DNA from: Octopus vulgaris
Taxonomy: Eukaryota
Direction: 5' to 3'
Assembly: GCA_951406725.2 (NCBI GenBank)
Contig: OX597817.1
Span: 125,674,001 to 125,738,000 of the forward strand
DNA: 64,000 nt
Shown: positions 11,495 through 26,364 of the stretch, piece after piece
How positions within the stretch are numbered: the stretch's first letter is position 1
How the letters are laid out: each line of letters starts with the position of its first letter
Notes under the pieces: model-generated
The model's input: the letters and a program-made list of their open reading frames with translations, nothing else
What the model was told of the DNA's origin: nothing
Database searches by the model: none
Program-made: the position numbers and the translations under genes

Positions 11495-11950
11495 TATAAG
11501 AATTTCTTGCGTAATAAGATAAAAAGCCAAAGCTGTGTAGATAGAGCATTTATAGATAGAAGGTCTTACAGCTGTTTCTAGAATATTTACTAATTATATC
11601 CCTTCATTGGAGACGGTGCGAGAGGATAGTTAAATCATAGTTTAGATGTGATACAAAATGGGGAGTGAGATGGAGGAAAGAAAATAGATGCAAGATATAT
11701 ATGGGTATTGAAGTTGTAAATCCATTTTTTAGGCATTATGGTATATATGCAATATTCCAATATCTTATGAGTAAAGTCCAAAAATCCAACAGAGTTTAAA
11801 ATGAGTCCATCCAACAATAGAGTTTATAAGCAATGTGAGATCCTGCAGATTTTTAAACTTGCTCATTCCCAGTAGAGACTTTATATAGTGTTGCAGAATC
11901 AAAGGTTTTTATTTAAAGTGACTTAAATATAGGGACTGTATTAGTAAGGT
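11495..11950 (-). mobile_element. pLTR-like fragment with degenerate type I hammerhead (11563-11614)
   Basis: Minus strand: gtct-CCAATGA-a-gggatat...atattct-a-GAAA-cagctg-TA-agac (core mutated from CTGATGA). Bounded by (TA)n. Confidence 0.55.
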
Positions 11951-11999
<49 letters not shown>

Positions 12000-12003
<4 letters not shown>

Positions 12004-12602
12004 GTTTATATATTCGTTTTGCAAGATTCCTGATGTGAAATCGTGTGTTGAAACAGATATTGTTGTATTTAGGGATGGTCATGTTACCAGTTTAGCGAAT
12101 AAAATCACACTCACTATATATTTGACGTTAATTTGCTTCAGCTTTATTTTATCTTTTAGATTAATAGTATTTCAGCCAGATTTCTTTCGTTACACTTCTG
12201 TGACCTTATCAGTGGTCGTTTGCTTTCTTCTTATTTGTGCGCCTTTCTTAACTAACGATCAGGCATTTTGTATTTTGTATTCCTATTGTGTGTGTCTTTA
12301 TTTGCGCATGCATATATCCCTATGTGTGTCTATGTTTAGTAGTTGCGTGTGTGTGTAGGGGAAGTGCCTGTATTATCTGTATCCCTTGTTTATACACGTT
12401 CATTTAATTTGTTTTTTGTTCCTATGTTTATACCTACTTATTATTTTTTAAATTTTTTCTTTTTTTCTTATTTTTTCTGTCTGACGAAAGAAATATGGCC
12501 GAAATAGGATTAATGTAAAAAATTAAGTTGAAGCAAATTAACACCAAATATATAGTGCGTGTGTTTTTATTGGCTAAAGTGGCAACATGACCATCCCTAA
12601 AT

Positions 12603-12610
<8 letters not shown>
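12000..12610. mobile_element. Penelope pLTR-like fragment with an inverted partial copy
   Basis: 12060-12190 and 12485-12610 are inverted homologues. Weak HHR-like motif on minus at 12174-12217 (CTGATAA...GAAAgaaaTC). Flanked by (TA)n. Confidence 0.55.
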
Positions 12611-12661
<51 letters not shown>

Positions 12662-12664
<3 letters not shown>

Positions 12665-12857
12665 CGCAGAAGTGGCTATATCGTAAGTAGCTTGCTTACC
12701 AACCACATGGTATTCGGTTAAGTCCCACTGCGTGGCACCTTGGGCTAGTGTCTTCTATCATAGCCTCGGGACGACCAAAGCCTTGTGAGTGGATTTGGTA
12801 GATGGAAACTGAAAGAATTTCGTTGGGTATATATATATGTATATCTATCTATCTATA

Positions 12858-12924
<67 letters not shown>

Positions 12925-13160
12925 ATATGTATGTATTGTGTGCATATGTTTGTGTCTGTGTTTGTCCCCCACCATCGCCTGACAAACGAAACTGATGCTG
13001 GTGTGTTTACGCCCCCGTAACTTAGCGTTTCAGCAAAAGAGACCAATAGAATAAGTACTAGGCTTACAAAAGAATAAGTCCTGGGATTGGTTTTTCCCGA
13101 CTAATTGTAGTGCTCCAGTATGGCCGCTGTCAAGTTACTGAAACATAAAAGAATAAAATA
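12662..13160 (+). mobile_element. SINE family B
   Basis: Collinear with 9478-9895; internal (TCTA)n. Confidence 0.85.
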
Positions 13161-14136
13161 ATATATATATATGTATATATATACACTCATCTAAATATAT
13201 TCATCAAGATATATAGATACTTACCTACATATACATATACATATATACACGCAAAACCATACAACACAAAATGCACGTATAAAAGAAGATTAATACATAA
13301 ATAGATAACAATATTAATAATTTAATGTCCCTTCATAAATATGCTTGTATGGACATACACGAGCATACATATGTATTCATTTGTGCTTACTATTTACCTA
13401 TATCTCTCTTTCCCTATGTGTGCCTACAGGTGTACGCATGTATACCTACGTGATCTATTTTTTATTTGTGCTTGTACGCATGATTGCGTGTTTAAATTTT
13501 GCTATATATACACATTTGTAATCGAAAAATAAAAAACTTTTTTAAACCGAACGTTGTGCACATACAGCCATACGTATACTTGCACAGAGTTAGACGTAAT
13601 GTGACACTCGTATACACAGATGCTTGCGCAGAACCGAAATAGATGGTTTTTTCATGACGCATTCACAAACTCACACACGCACACTTTCCCAGTCTCACAC
13701 ACGCACACAAACTAACACACAATATAGTAGTTTCTATTTTATTTTTCAAAATTTCAAAACTACTAACTTATAAGCGTATATTTAGTCTTTTTTAACTAGT
13801 TTACCAAATCACTATGATTATCACTCTATCAGTATATCAGTTTTATGATCACAGTAAATAACAGAAAGTAAAACATGTTAGAAATATTGAATGCCGTTTA
13901 GTCAGTGAAACCAATATTGAAGATGAATTATTAAATTTCACTCAGAAAAAAAAAAATCAATGACCTAGCACCTATATTCACAGCATTTAAAAAGAAGTCA
14001 ATACGAAAACAGAAAACAGTTTTCATGTGAATATTTCAATTTTGTAGTCTATATATTATTGTCAATAAATGAATATTAAATTTTTATGTTCAGAAGACAC
14101 AGAAAAATGCAAATATTCAGAAAGTATTACACCCCA

Positions 14137-14180
<44 letters not shown>

Positions 14181-14490
14181 GCGCGTATATACATATATAC
14201 ACATATATATATACATACAAAAACACCTACACTATACACCTACATTCATGTAAACAGCAATATACACGCGTATATTATATTAAATAAACCAACTTGAGAA
14301 AGAAAAAAATAATCGGAGCTCCACTGACACCAGTGGTATCATATATCACATGTTTACAAAACAACATTGCTACCGATTACATAAAAAAAAAAACGTCTGC
14401 CGCACCTTTCAATACATTTATACATATATATATATCTTTCTATGTATATATATATATAACTGTGTATATGTACATATATATAGACGTATA

Positions 14491-14550
<60 letters not shown>

Positions 14551-14704
14551 CATATATATATATATAAACATATATATACATATATATAAACATATATATA
14601 CATATATATATACATACACATCTATATATTAGCATAAACATATAGAAATGTATGCAGGCATGTCTGAACATAATGCAAGTCTGTATATATATGTGTGTGT
14701 GTAT

Positions 14705-14736
<32 letters not shown>

Positions 14737-14759
14737 GGGTTTATATGTTTTTATGTGCA

Positions 14760-15160
14760 TGTATGGTTCCAGTTTATATGGTTCCAAGTTGAGTTCCACC
14801 CTTTGGTACCTTGGACAAGTGTCTCTACTGTATTATCTTACCGACCAAATCCTTTTAGTAAACTTGGTAGATAGAAACTGAAAAAGGTCCGTCGTATGAG
14901 TGTGTGTCGTTGTATATATATTTGTTTAGAAACCGAAAAAGGTCCGTCGTATGTGTGTGTGTCGTTGTGTATATATTTGTTTCTACACTACTTGACAACC
15001 GGTGTCGAGTGTTTAAGTCTCCGAAAGATAATTGCTTAGCAAAAGATACGGATATCGTAATATTATCAACCTTTCCAAAATAGAAAAAAGCACTGAGTTC
15101 GATCCATTCGACTAAAAATTCATAGTGGTGCTCCAGCCGCTGTCTAATGACTGAAACAAG
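14760..15160 (+). mobile_element. SINE family B, diverged, with an internal tandem duplication of about 54 bp
   Basis: Homology to 9478-9895; tagaaac(t/c)gaaaaaggtccgtcgtatg... occurs twice at about 14873-14985. Confidence 0.7.
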
Positions 15161-15164
15161 TCAA

Positions 15165-16760
15165 AGATTATATATATATTTATATAATAAAAAAAATGGA
15201 GAAAACCTCAGATTAACAAACACATCGATTATACCACATTTATAGCTAATTATTTTATACCCAAAGCATGACTTTAGGTACGTAACAAGTCTTACGGCCG
15301 TTTCCACATCCGTTGCCAAGCGCTGTCTATAAATAATTGCGAAAATGAAATTCCTCATCTTCGGTTTAAGACATTCGGTTTAAGACACGGAGTTTCATCA
15401 GAGTGAAAACAAGAGTATGCAATATAAACAAAGGGAAGAAGAAATAGGAAAGTAAACATGGCCTAGAAAAGAAGTCTAGAAGCCCAATATATTAAAAGCT
15501 TATAATCTATCAATTTGGGGCTACGAGCTCCGTAGATAAAAGAGTGAACTAGTAATGGTCTAGAGAATACTACAATTTTTTCTGGGTAGATTCAATTTAA
15601 GGGGTGAAGGTCAAGATGTTTTGAAATTTAAGGGAAAAGTTACTAAAAAAACAAATTAGGAAACTGACTAACATGATTATCAAAGGGCAGTACCTATGCT
15701 AACGAAGTAAACTCAAGTAAATGTTCCAAAACATTACCGTAGGGTGCTTAAGAAATATAGCAAATTGGTGACGCATTCCATTTTTGTATGTGTGGCGATA
15801 GTTTCCAGAGACAGAATTTTTTACATTAATCACTATGATTTGCTATACTTTTAAGTTGTGTAAATCCATGCGATATTAAATGGAAATTCGCTGAATATTT
15901 CTTCAAACAAATATATATGCGTATTATCGACCTAAATGCAAGTTGTCATAGCAGTGGTAAATTTGTTGAATATAAGAAGAGAAATAAATTAAATATAGAC
16001 ATCAGGATGCCACGTTATGAGAAATTATCTCTGGTAAGGAGACTATAGAAAGAGATTTTTAAAGTTCTCAAGCGTTGAGTATACTGTAAATATCCAGGGC
16101 CATAAAAAGTATGATAATCCTGAAAAGATTCATTAATTTTATATATATTGTAAGATATAGATGTAAGATATAGAAGCAAAGCTGTTCAAAGACTCTCTAG
16201 TTTACTACTATATAATCCTATACTGGTGCCTTCAATAGGAGGATGATAAGTATGAAGAAAATTACCAAGATAAAATATAACAATATTAATAGAATAAATA
16301 TAGAGAAAATAGTTGATAAGTACGATGAGAATGGTTTAAATCACTTACAGTTGAAGTAAATATATTGATTAGTTACGTACGAAATTATTAAATTATGGTG
16401 TTTCGAGACATGAAGGATATTACTTAGATTCAACAGTGATAAAGTTAAAGTTAACAGGAGAAACATTATTTATTTCATTAAATTAAGGTAATCGCGTTTT
16501 CTCATAAATGAGTTAGTGGGAACACCGGATCAATAATTCATTATGTTGGTTAATTAGATTATACTTATATTTAAATATTTCAAGCGCCTCCAAAGAACAT
16601 AAATTGCAACCATCCCTCGTCTTCGTTTGGACGGGCAGTACGTATAAATGACTACCATATGGAGAAATAATCTTCGTCTTGTGGTCCCAAATAAATTTAG
16701 CGAGCGAGGTGCTAAGTATTTTCTTTTATTCTTAAATATACATGATAATGTTCCGTAAAC
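15165..16760 (-). mobile_element. Highly degenerate Penelope-like relic
   Basis: Half-HHR GAAA-cggccg-TA-agac on minus at 15289-15304, and an HTYHPP-like peptide near 16230-16260. No intact ORF. Confidence 0.3.
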
Positions 16761-17097
16761 TAATTTTGTTTGTAATAGTACCTATATAGCAAGAAATTTA
16801 TCAGGTTTCATAAACAAACAGTCTTTCATAAACAAACAGTCATTTAGTAAGATTCCTTTAACTGCTATTGAGAATGTTTGCAGAAGCATCACTGTCAACT
16901 CTTACTCGTCCATATACACTTGAAAACTCCACTCACTCACACTCATGTACTGTTTCATTTATTTCTTCTCGCCTCGTACCTTCAGAATCTACAAAGAGAG
17001 CTCATCACTTCTGATCACTCGATCACCATCTATTTCGAAATGTCTAAAATGTTGGCAGTGATATAACTTCTCTACAGCAACAAGTGATAGCTGGAAC

Positions 17098-17610
17098 CTT
17101 TGGAACAGTGTGGTGACGTCAAATACGGGGCCTGGTATAGCTTTCAATGCCAAAGGTTGGCTCCAATCCCTCCAGAATCGTCCATACGCATATCACTGTT
17201 TACCTCTGCTGTCCTCTCCAGGGAGTAGAGTCATAGCTCTCTCATTCTCTCCCAAGCTCAGCTGTTCGCTGATGCAATTTTCTTGCAATAGCACTGCTGA
17301 CTCCCTAAAGGTTTCCTATTGATTTGATACTGTTGGGTGTTTACAGGCGAGAGCAGTCGTCAAGACGGTTGAGTATAAATGTTCTCCACAGGACTAGCAT
17401 AATTTCTTGGTGCTTGTTCTGAAGGTACTTAGAATCGATCTAACCATTCGCCTGCATATTGCCAACATCGTGGTGATATATATGCTCATATCAATCTCCA
17501 GGTCACGCAATGTACTTGAGTCGAAGGTGGTAATTTCTTTTCGTACAAAGCATCGTTTTATGGTATGTGAACACTAGCTAGCAGATAGCGAAGGACTTGT
17601 TTCAACCCAT
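17098..17610 (-). mobile_element. Old copy of the CR1 family seen at 1-2915 (C-terminal part)
   Basis: Conceptual translation MLVLWRTFILNRLDDCS...LYSLER...ILEGLEPTFGIESY matches the peptide encoded by about 160-520 on the minus strand. Confidence 0.8.
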
Positions 17611-18226
17611 TTATATGGCATCTGGGATGTCTTGTAGAAGATTAGCATCAGAGAGAGCTTCTTTGAGTGCTAATACTTCATTTGTGTTGTCGGCATTGTT
17701 AGTAAGTATGGCTGCCTGTCTGGAATAGGCACCATTTCCAAACACACACACATACACACACACACATACACACACACAAACACATACACACACACACACA
17801 CATACACACACACACACAGCACAGCACAGCAGAGACACAGAATAATGAATGCATTCCTTCTGATAGCTGAAACTGTTGTAAGCTATTGAAGTTGATGACG
17901 TAATTCCAGCTCCTTCCTCATGCAATAATCTATATTACACTGTGCGCAACCTAACACTTTATCGTAAGCATATTAATACTGTAATATAAGTGTCATTAAT
18001 GTGACTAGGATTTCAGAAACACCTACCCTGCTAGAAATAAGAGCTTAAATGTTCTAATGCTGTAGTGAAAGCACATATAATCCCCGTCAGTGTATATACA
18101 TACAATTATGTATAACTACAGTAGTGGAGCATTTTAGTTCTTACTTCTAGCAATGTAGGTATTTTTAACACCCTAGTCACATTTAGTGACAAATATATGT
18201 GTGTTTGTGTGTATATCAATACCAAC

Positions 18227-18301
<75 letters not shown>

Positions 18302-19139
18302 CACGCATACATATATGTATATATTAATGGGCTTCCATGCAGTTTAAATCAGCCAGTTTCACTCACAAAGCATTGGCTGTCCTAAAACGAAATTAGAAGA
18401 CACATGCTGAAGGTGCTGTAGAGTATAGAAAAGAAGAGGATCGTAAGCAACCTGTTTACAAAAGGAACACTACATTCACACTGTTACATACGCATACATG
18501 CGTGTGTGTATATATATATGTATTGATATATGCATGCATGATGTATGCACATATGCATGTGCTTAAGGTGTGTTTCTGTATAATTATTTATACATATAGA
18601 CATTTATCATCGGTTATGAAAAAAGCAAATGGAAATGGGAATTTATTATCCTGATTATTTTCCCGGAGGCATAACAATGTTTTGCTATTGTAAAACATTT
18701 TCAACATATTTTCTGATTTTTTATTATATGTAACAGTAGTAGTGACGGGAAAGTGACAGAAAAGGGGGAGATCATGCTAAATGCATTGCCCATTGCAGAT
18801 GTTTATTTTTCTGATCCTTAATTAGCCTGATAAATGTCGTCTATGATTTGAGATTGCGAACCTGTTTATGGTGAAACCAAAAGCTTTTCAATATAATATT
18901 TTTAGAACTACGTCATTGTTCATTTCTGGTTTAAAAAATTGAATAGACTAATTTAAGGAAGATGTAACTGCTATCCTTAGCATGCTGAGTTTCCAGGCTG
19001 AAGCTTCCTTGTTGGCTTCTACAAACTTTTTCAAGCTAAGACAAGTGCGTGCAGAATGTATTTGTGTGGCTTGATGCGCAGAATTCACTCTCTCCCTTCA
19101 TCATCATCATCATCATCCTCATCATCATCATCATCATAT

Positions 19140-19459
19140 TTCAGCTGCCTTAGTACCGGGCATTCGCCGGAGGTCTAGTGTAGCAAGGGCACTTCATTTT
19201 GCTATGCATGCTAAAATTATCATCACATTTATTCCATTTTAGATGAAAAGTGCTTTCCGTAGTATAATGTCTGTACCCATCAAGGTTATCTTTTGTAGTT
19301 TACGGAGATAGGAGTTACCAAGGAGTTTCTTAATATACTCCTCAGCTCCCTTCATTATCATTCCCAACGTACCAATTACTATTGCTGTTGTTGTAGTACT
19401 AAGCTTCCACATTTTTTGTGATTTCAGTTTGGAGATCTTTATAGTGAGAAAGCTTTTCG

Positions 19460-19460
<1 letters not shown>
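19140..19460 (-). mobile_element. R4/Dong-type RLE LINE, extreme 3' fragment
   Basis: KMWKLSTTTTAIVIGTLGMI...LQKITLMGTDIILRKAL*. Lies between (TCA)n and (TTA)n tracts. Confidence 0.8.
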
Positions 19461-19533
<73 letters not shown>

Positions 19534-19739
19534 TGTTTGACTTTTGCTTTATATTTGTACAAGTTCGCTCCAAGTCTCACCCAGAGACCTCAAGAGACAA
19601 CAGGTTAGAAGTTCGTATTGTTGTTATGCCTAGTGTGCCATATATTTGGTATTGTATTTAGTGTTGTACTAGTGAATGCCCCCCGCCCCAAAAAAAACCC
19701 GAAAATTATGTTTGTTTTAAAACTTGAGATTGCATAGAA

Positions 19740-19810
<71 letters not shown>

Positions 19811-19811
19811 C

Positions 19812-19945
19812 TTATTTCATTGACCCTTGAAAGGATGAAAGGCAAAGTTGACCTTGGCGGAAGTTGAACTTAGAATCTAAAGATGGACGAAATGCAGCCA
19901 AGCATTTTGCCCGGAGTGCTAACGATTCAGCCAGTCCACCGCCTA
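19812..19945 (-). mobile_element. SINE family C, 5' part
   Basis: Reverse complement matches 57050-57190 and 63790-63915 (ggcggtg...gaatcgttagcac...gcctttcatcc). Confidence 0.75.
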
Positions 19946-21489
19946 ATCCTTTAACTCAAGTTATTACTGATAACTATTTTTGCTTTAATACCTCCTCTTT
20001 AATCTAGAACATTTTAATTCCAAGATGTTTGTACTTGTCCTAGATTTTCCTCTTCCTATCGCACTCTGACTAGGTCAGAAGAGATTAAAATGTCGATGAG
20101 GCATTGATTATGATATCCGAATAGATATTTTGATTTGCCTGTAAATTTTGATACTTCGGTGTATCCCCGAAGATAGTAGCCATGTTGGTATTAAGTAACA
20201 TGTTTGGTACACATTTACATTGCTTGTTGTCTGCATTTTATATTAAAATGTCGGTTTACTGCTAAATATGCACAGCTACTAAATTGATCCTGTCTGTGAA
20301 TATACTTGGACCAAGCAAGGACTGGACAGCTTCAGATGAGATGGTAAACTGTCACCTTTTACCGACCGCATAGTCTGCATTTAATGACAACGTTTTCTAT
20401 TACTATTTAATTGTTTGTCACTCATTGTTTGCGCCTGGAAATTGGTTTAGTTAAAATCACATCATTTATTAATATATTTGAGTAGTCTTATTTATATTGC
20501 ATAATTTCCTTGCACTACTAAATGTAGCATTTTATGCAGTATTTAGTTTTCGTCATGTTATGCTGATTATGATCATTGTCGTCGTCGTTGAGGTCATCAT
20601 CATCACTATCATCAAGGCAGGGCGGGGTCCAGAATCAATAGAATGCTCAAATAAAGATCTTGTAATTCTTTATTCATTTATTATGTTGTGAGTTCAAATC
20701 GGACATATTTAATTTTTAACTTGATTTCATGCACCTACATCCAGTATACACTACTAGTATGCCGAGGAAAAGTTTATAAAATTACTCTTCATATCATATG
20801 CCTTGCTTTAAACTATTTCACAGAAATAAAATCCAGGACAGAATGCTAAAAAAGATGCCAGCTTGTTTTACAGTATTTAGATTTACTAGTCCAGTTCTCC
20901 CAGGGTCCAATGTGTTTTTACGCAGATAAAACAAGTATAAATAACACACCTAACAGTCAAACATTCTCCTTATATATCTGAAACAAACCAGTATTAATAC
21001 GACATTTTGACATGAATGATTGGCTATAAGATCAGAAGTGAAATGTAACATGATTTAAGTATAGCTCTCATGACAGAGTAAGAAAAAAACAGAATTTAAC
21101 ACAGAATTTCCAATAGATTAGGATACATTTCTATAGGGGAATGAATCTGGGAACGAGCTGGCATAAATATGGATTAGAGTAACGAACCCACCGACCTGCA
21201 GCATAACGATTTAAAAATTCAGACATATTCAAGTTTTACATTTGAGATTTTAGCAAGCATAGAATTTAAATTGGAAGCAAAGTAGTTTCATTAAAATGTC
21301 ACTGCTACTTATTTTATAAGCCTTGTATAAAGTTTAAACAGAAGTAACTGAAGCACGATTACTACCTAAAAATTCAGCTGGAGGAAACTAAATACGGCAC
21401 CACTCCTAGTTTGTTATTTTTCTACCATTTCTGCTTATTGGAAACCCTTAGTTCCTTAGTTTCTTTGAATACATACGCACATACGTATG

Positions 21490-21520
<31 letters not shown>

Positions 21521-23384
21521 GTATGTATGTATGTATATGTGTATGTATGTATGCATGTATAGTAATATTTAGTTATGTGCATATTCTACTTTTCAACCAA
21601 TACTGTTCTAACTGTATACCTATAGCCATACTCGAGTGTATATTAATATCTAACTGTAGCACATGGCCACATAATTTGCCTAAAATATAAAGTGATTACT
21701 AAATTCCTCAAAGTATTTTATTTCGTGATATCATCGATCACCTATCTTTAAATACATATTGACACGTGTGCACTAGCTGTTATCATACTTGTCTTAAAAC
21801 TTACTAAAGCATTCTTTTGCACATTGTGTCTTGTCTTGAGAATTGATTGGTAATGGTATTGGTGCTTGTGGTTTGGAAAGTGAAGTTTATATATTTATGC
21901 TTTCCCTATTGCATTGCTAAAATTTGCTAAACCCGAATGTGGCGGATGTTAACAGAAATGAAGGTCTCTAACACATTTCATTTAGCAATTACTATAATTT
22001 TAAAGCTTCCATATTTTCAGAATATAGAGTGGTTCTTTGTAAATAATTTCTTATTTCTCTGAGCAGAATCTAGATAAAGACAAATTGCCATGTCATGCAA
22101 CCAATGTTCTTCACATCACCACCACCACCACAACAACAACCACCATCATCATCATCATCATCCACTGACTACAACTTGCACTAAATTAATCAAGAGCTAT
22201 AGGAAAGTGAAATTCCCATGACATTTCAGTGACATCTGTATTATACAACTTATACATATATGCCGGTACCTTGAGAGCTAGCAAAGTAAGTAAAGTTCTT
22301 AGCTAAGTTTATGATAAATTGGTAGTGTTGTTTAGATGAAAAGCTACTGAAGCATATGATGTTGCAGTTGTTATAGTTACCATGATAATAAGTTTTCCAG
22401 CAATGGCCGCTCATCCTTTTTCTAACGTAGTGTATCTAAGACTGCATCATCAAACGGTATACAGATTTTTGGTTCTTTTAAAATAGTAAACTGTGATTTG
22501 AAATCGCTGGTTGAGATTTTGATTAGAGGCGCCCTCTGCTTGATTAGTATTTTAGGTAACAATAAACATGGAGATGCATAGAAGTCATTTTCACCAGCAG
22601 TCTGTTAAATTAAGCATATTACACAGGCGAAAAGAAAATTCGTCCTTGGATTCAATAGAACAATTTGATGAAGTTTCTGTTGTGTATGTATAAATTATAG
22701 CACCATTTGAATAAAATAATACAAGAAAACAAAATACTTTGATTGTTCTATGTTCTTGCTGTTTACTTCAGGGAACCTTAAACATCTTGAGAAAAACTCT
22801 ATGCATTTAAATGGAGTGAGGCATTGAAAATATAAGTGCCTGGACCATAAATTTTACACAGTATTAGAGGTTAAGATGTAAACTATTAACATCTTGAATG
22901 TGGGCAGATATTTTATCGACCAAGCTTTTATACAATATATTTTTCCTGTTGTGCCTTTCGATATTAAAAGATTTCTGAATCCCCACTTGAAAACAACTGA
23001 ATGTTTATATGTAATTTTGTGGGAAGCAAGGACTCGTTTATTGCACGTTATAAATTTCCAAATGAAAATCTAATTATATTTTTGTATGGGCAATTTTGTG
23101 GACACACAAGCATGCATTTTCGCCTTCTGAACGTTGTTGATTATCATGAAATGTTGATCTCATATGACAATGTCTTCGGTAGATGTCTTTCCTGATTTGT
23201 TGCCATTCGTAATTTTGAGAAAGTAACAAAAATACTACCAACAAGTGATCTGTTGCTTCCTTAAAAGATTCGATTTAATAATGTTTCTTTTTGTATGTAT
23301 ATATGTATACACACAAACACGCTCTCTCTTTTTCTCTCTCTCTCTCTCTCTCACACACACATACACACACACAAACGGAAATTC

Positions 23385-23625
23385 AATTAAGTCCGTCGTA
23401 TATGTGTATGTGTCTCTGTATCTGTTTGTCTCATATCACCCATTAAAGTAGGTGTCGTTATGGTTGCGTACCCGTTGCTTAGCGGTTTCACAAAAAATAC
23501 TGATAAAATGTACAACGAGGCGTAAGAAAATAAATACTGGGGTTGATTCATTCGACCCAAAATTCTTGAAACTGGTGTCCCAGTATGGTCTCAGTTGAAT
23601 GACTGAAACAAAAGAAAGATAAGAG
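23385..23625 (+). mobile_element. SINE family B, 3' half, diverged
   Basis: cttagcggtt...tactggggttgattcattcgac...ggtgtcccagtatgg...gactgaaac. Confidence 0.65.
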
Positions 23626-24085
23626 CGATGTCTTCTGTCGTTGTTTTAAAGAATATTTTCATATAATTAATGGTACTTAATTGAAGAAAATCTTTCTTCA
23701 AATATTGTGACTATACCTAAAATAAATGCACGCATACAGATACATGCATATATATATATACTATATATATATGTGTGTGTGTGTGATATGTATATAAGTA
23801 TAAATATTTACATACATGTACATACGTATAAAAATGTATATAAACACACACACACACACATGTATATATATAGTAGGGAATATAATTCCAAACTTACAGG
23901 AAAAAATTCAATTTAGCAATTCTAAATCAAATTTCACAATATGTGATATATGTATATAATTAAGGGAAATAACCTATATTAAGTAATTCAATAATGAAAG
24001 ACATTATCCACACCTTATAGGAAAAAATTGAATATGCTATAATAAATATTATTCCCCAAAATCACTAAATTAAATAAACAATAAA

Positions 24086-24212
24086 TTGACTACGGGCGTT
24101 TCGTGACTATATCTTTAAATTAATAATAATAAAAGAATAATATCGATACTATTAAAATTAACACGATTTAAAGTTAATTCGATTAAAAAATATAGCCATT
24201 CTTCAGGTCTAA
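24086..24212 (-). ncRNA. Type I hammerhead with very long AT-rich stem II
   Basis: gac-CTGAAGA-a-tggctatat...atatagtca-c-GAAA-cgcccg-TA-gtc. Confidence 0.6.
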
Positions 24213-25412
24213 AATAATAATAAAATAAATGTATGTATCTAAACATATAATGAATTAGCAAATAGATATAGAAATATACGTATCTTAACACTAAATAATC
24301 GAATAAAATATAATAATATTATTGAAAAATAAAATCCTAACTTATCTTATTGAAGAATTCCAGTTAACTGAAATTTTAAAATGTTAAACTCAGATCCAAG
24401 CGTTGCTAAGAAATTTATCACGTGAAAAGATGGCGTAAATAATAGCTATACAATAAATAGATAAAATATGTTATTTTAGCTGTAAAAATAATAATATATA
24501 TTTTAGCTGTGAAAATAAACTATATGTAATATACCATTTACTAGAAAAATACTAGATTTTCAACAATTTAAAACTAAAATATGTACAATACATAAAATAA
24601 ACTAAATTTCGATAACTTAATCTATATTCATCAATTTATTTATTTATTTTATAAACACCTTTGTTTAATCTTATTCCAGTTATGTAATATACACTACATA
24701 ATCTACTGCTAATTTATACTCATTACATTACTACAAATTATAACTACAAAAATTAGTAACATAAATCAGATTTAAATATATCCACAAATTAGCTGAACTT
24801 ATTATATAAGTAATTTCACTTATGTGTGTAATTTTTCGCTCATTTGGGAATTAATCAATTTTTTATTATTTGATAGTAATATCTCCATAAATTCATTTGT
24901 ACATAATAAACAAAAATTATTACCTATTCGATAGGATTTAGCTTTACAAACTATCTCTCAATTCAAATTATACTTTAGATTTAGATTTCAATTCCCATAT
25001 ATATTTGCTAAGGCCAATAGAATTAATCAATGTTTTATTGCTCAATGAATGCATGTGTTGAGCCCCGCTTAATTTAATTTTATTAGAAATCGACCCCACG
25101 TAAATCGCATTTAAATTATAACTATTAGTTTTAATATAATCATCAATCAAATTCACTACACATTAATATATTACATCATCCAAATTACATTTAGTTTTAA
25201 ATTTGCATTTTGTCTTATCTCTACATTCACAATTAATTATATTCTGGTCTTTATTATTATTGGAATAATTATTTAATTTGTTACTGTAAAACTTTTAAAG
25301 CTTAAATCTACTAAAAGAAGAAATAATGTTACCAACATTATTAGTAGTAGACTTATATTTTATTCGATTATTTAGTGTTAAGATACATACATTTATTTTA
25401 TTATTATTATTT

Positions 25413-25538
25413 TAAATCTGAAGAGTGGCAATATTTTTGCATTGAATTAATTTTAAACCGAATTAATTTTAATAGTATCGATTTTATTATTTTATTATGA
25501 TCTATTTAAAGATATAGTCAGGAAACGCGCGTAGTCAA
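25413..25538 (+). ncRNA. Type I hammerhead with very long stem II (inverted pLTR copy)
   Basis: CTGAAGA at 25418-25424 and GAAA-cgcgcg-TA-gtc at 25522-25536. Confidence 0.55.
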
Positions 25539-25701
25539 TTTAATGTTTATTCAATTTAGTGGTTTTTGAATAATATTTATTATAGTATATTTCATTTTTT
25601 TCTATATGATGTGGATAATGTCTTTCACTATTGAATTGCTTAATAGAGTTTATTTCTCTTAATTACATACATACATAGACAAAATATATACATACATACA
25701 C

Positions 25702-25758
<57 letters not shown>

Positions 25759-25813
25759 GCTATGCAAATGCATTAAGAATTTTATATATCTATATATCTA
25801 TCTATCTATCTAT

Positions 25814-25851
<38 letters not shown>

Positions 25852-26364
25852 TGCAGTACTTCCTCCACGATAGATCTCCCTTAAAACTTATTGCATTTAG
25901 AAACAAAGCATCATTCACATTTTAGCGAAATGAAAGCGCCTCGAACCATGAGAGTGGCAGTTATCTGTGTTTCACTTCCGGGCGATTTTTTCTGCTTAGT
26001 TTTGATGTATATAGACAAGACGTCTTAAAAGGGATCTGTCTAATACAAAGTACAGCATCAGAGCGCTTAGCTACGCCCAATACACACACACACACACCAT
26101 ATTCCTTATATACACTTGCTCTGTATATTCATGCCTTATATATAAATGTCATTTCCGTAAAAGAGGGAAGAATGCAGATGCTAAAAATTACAGTCCTTTT
26201 TATTTACCTCACATTTAGTAAAGCTATACAATAACAGAATGAAGCTGATCACGATCTTAAAACAAAATCGCTTCTTCACTATCAAGCAGCAGGTCTTGTG
26301 ACCTCGAAAGAACTGCCTGACACACTTGCTACAGCTGGGAACTGAAACAGCAGCTCAAGTGTTT

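Larger units (their letters stand above)
23875..25675 (-). mobile_element. Penelope-like element, 5'-truncated: GIY-YIG relic between inverted pLTRs, each with a hammerhead
   Basis: Minus 24800-25210 encodes CNLDDVIY...AIYVGSISNKIK...GLSKYIWELKSK...FCLLC. 23955-24240 and 25385-25670 are inverted homologues. Confidence 0.8.
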
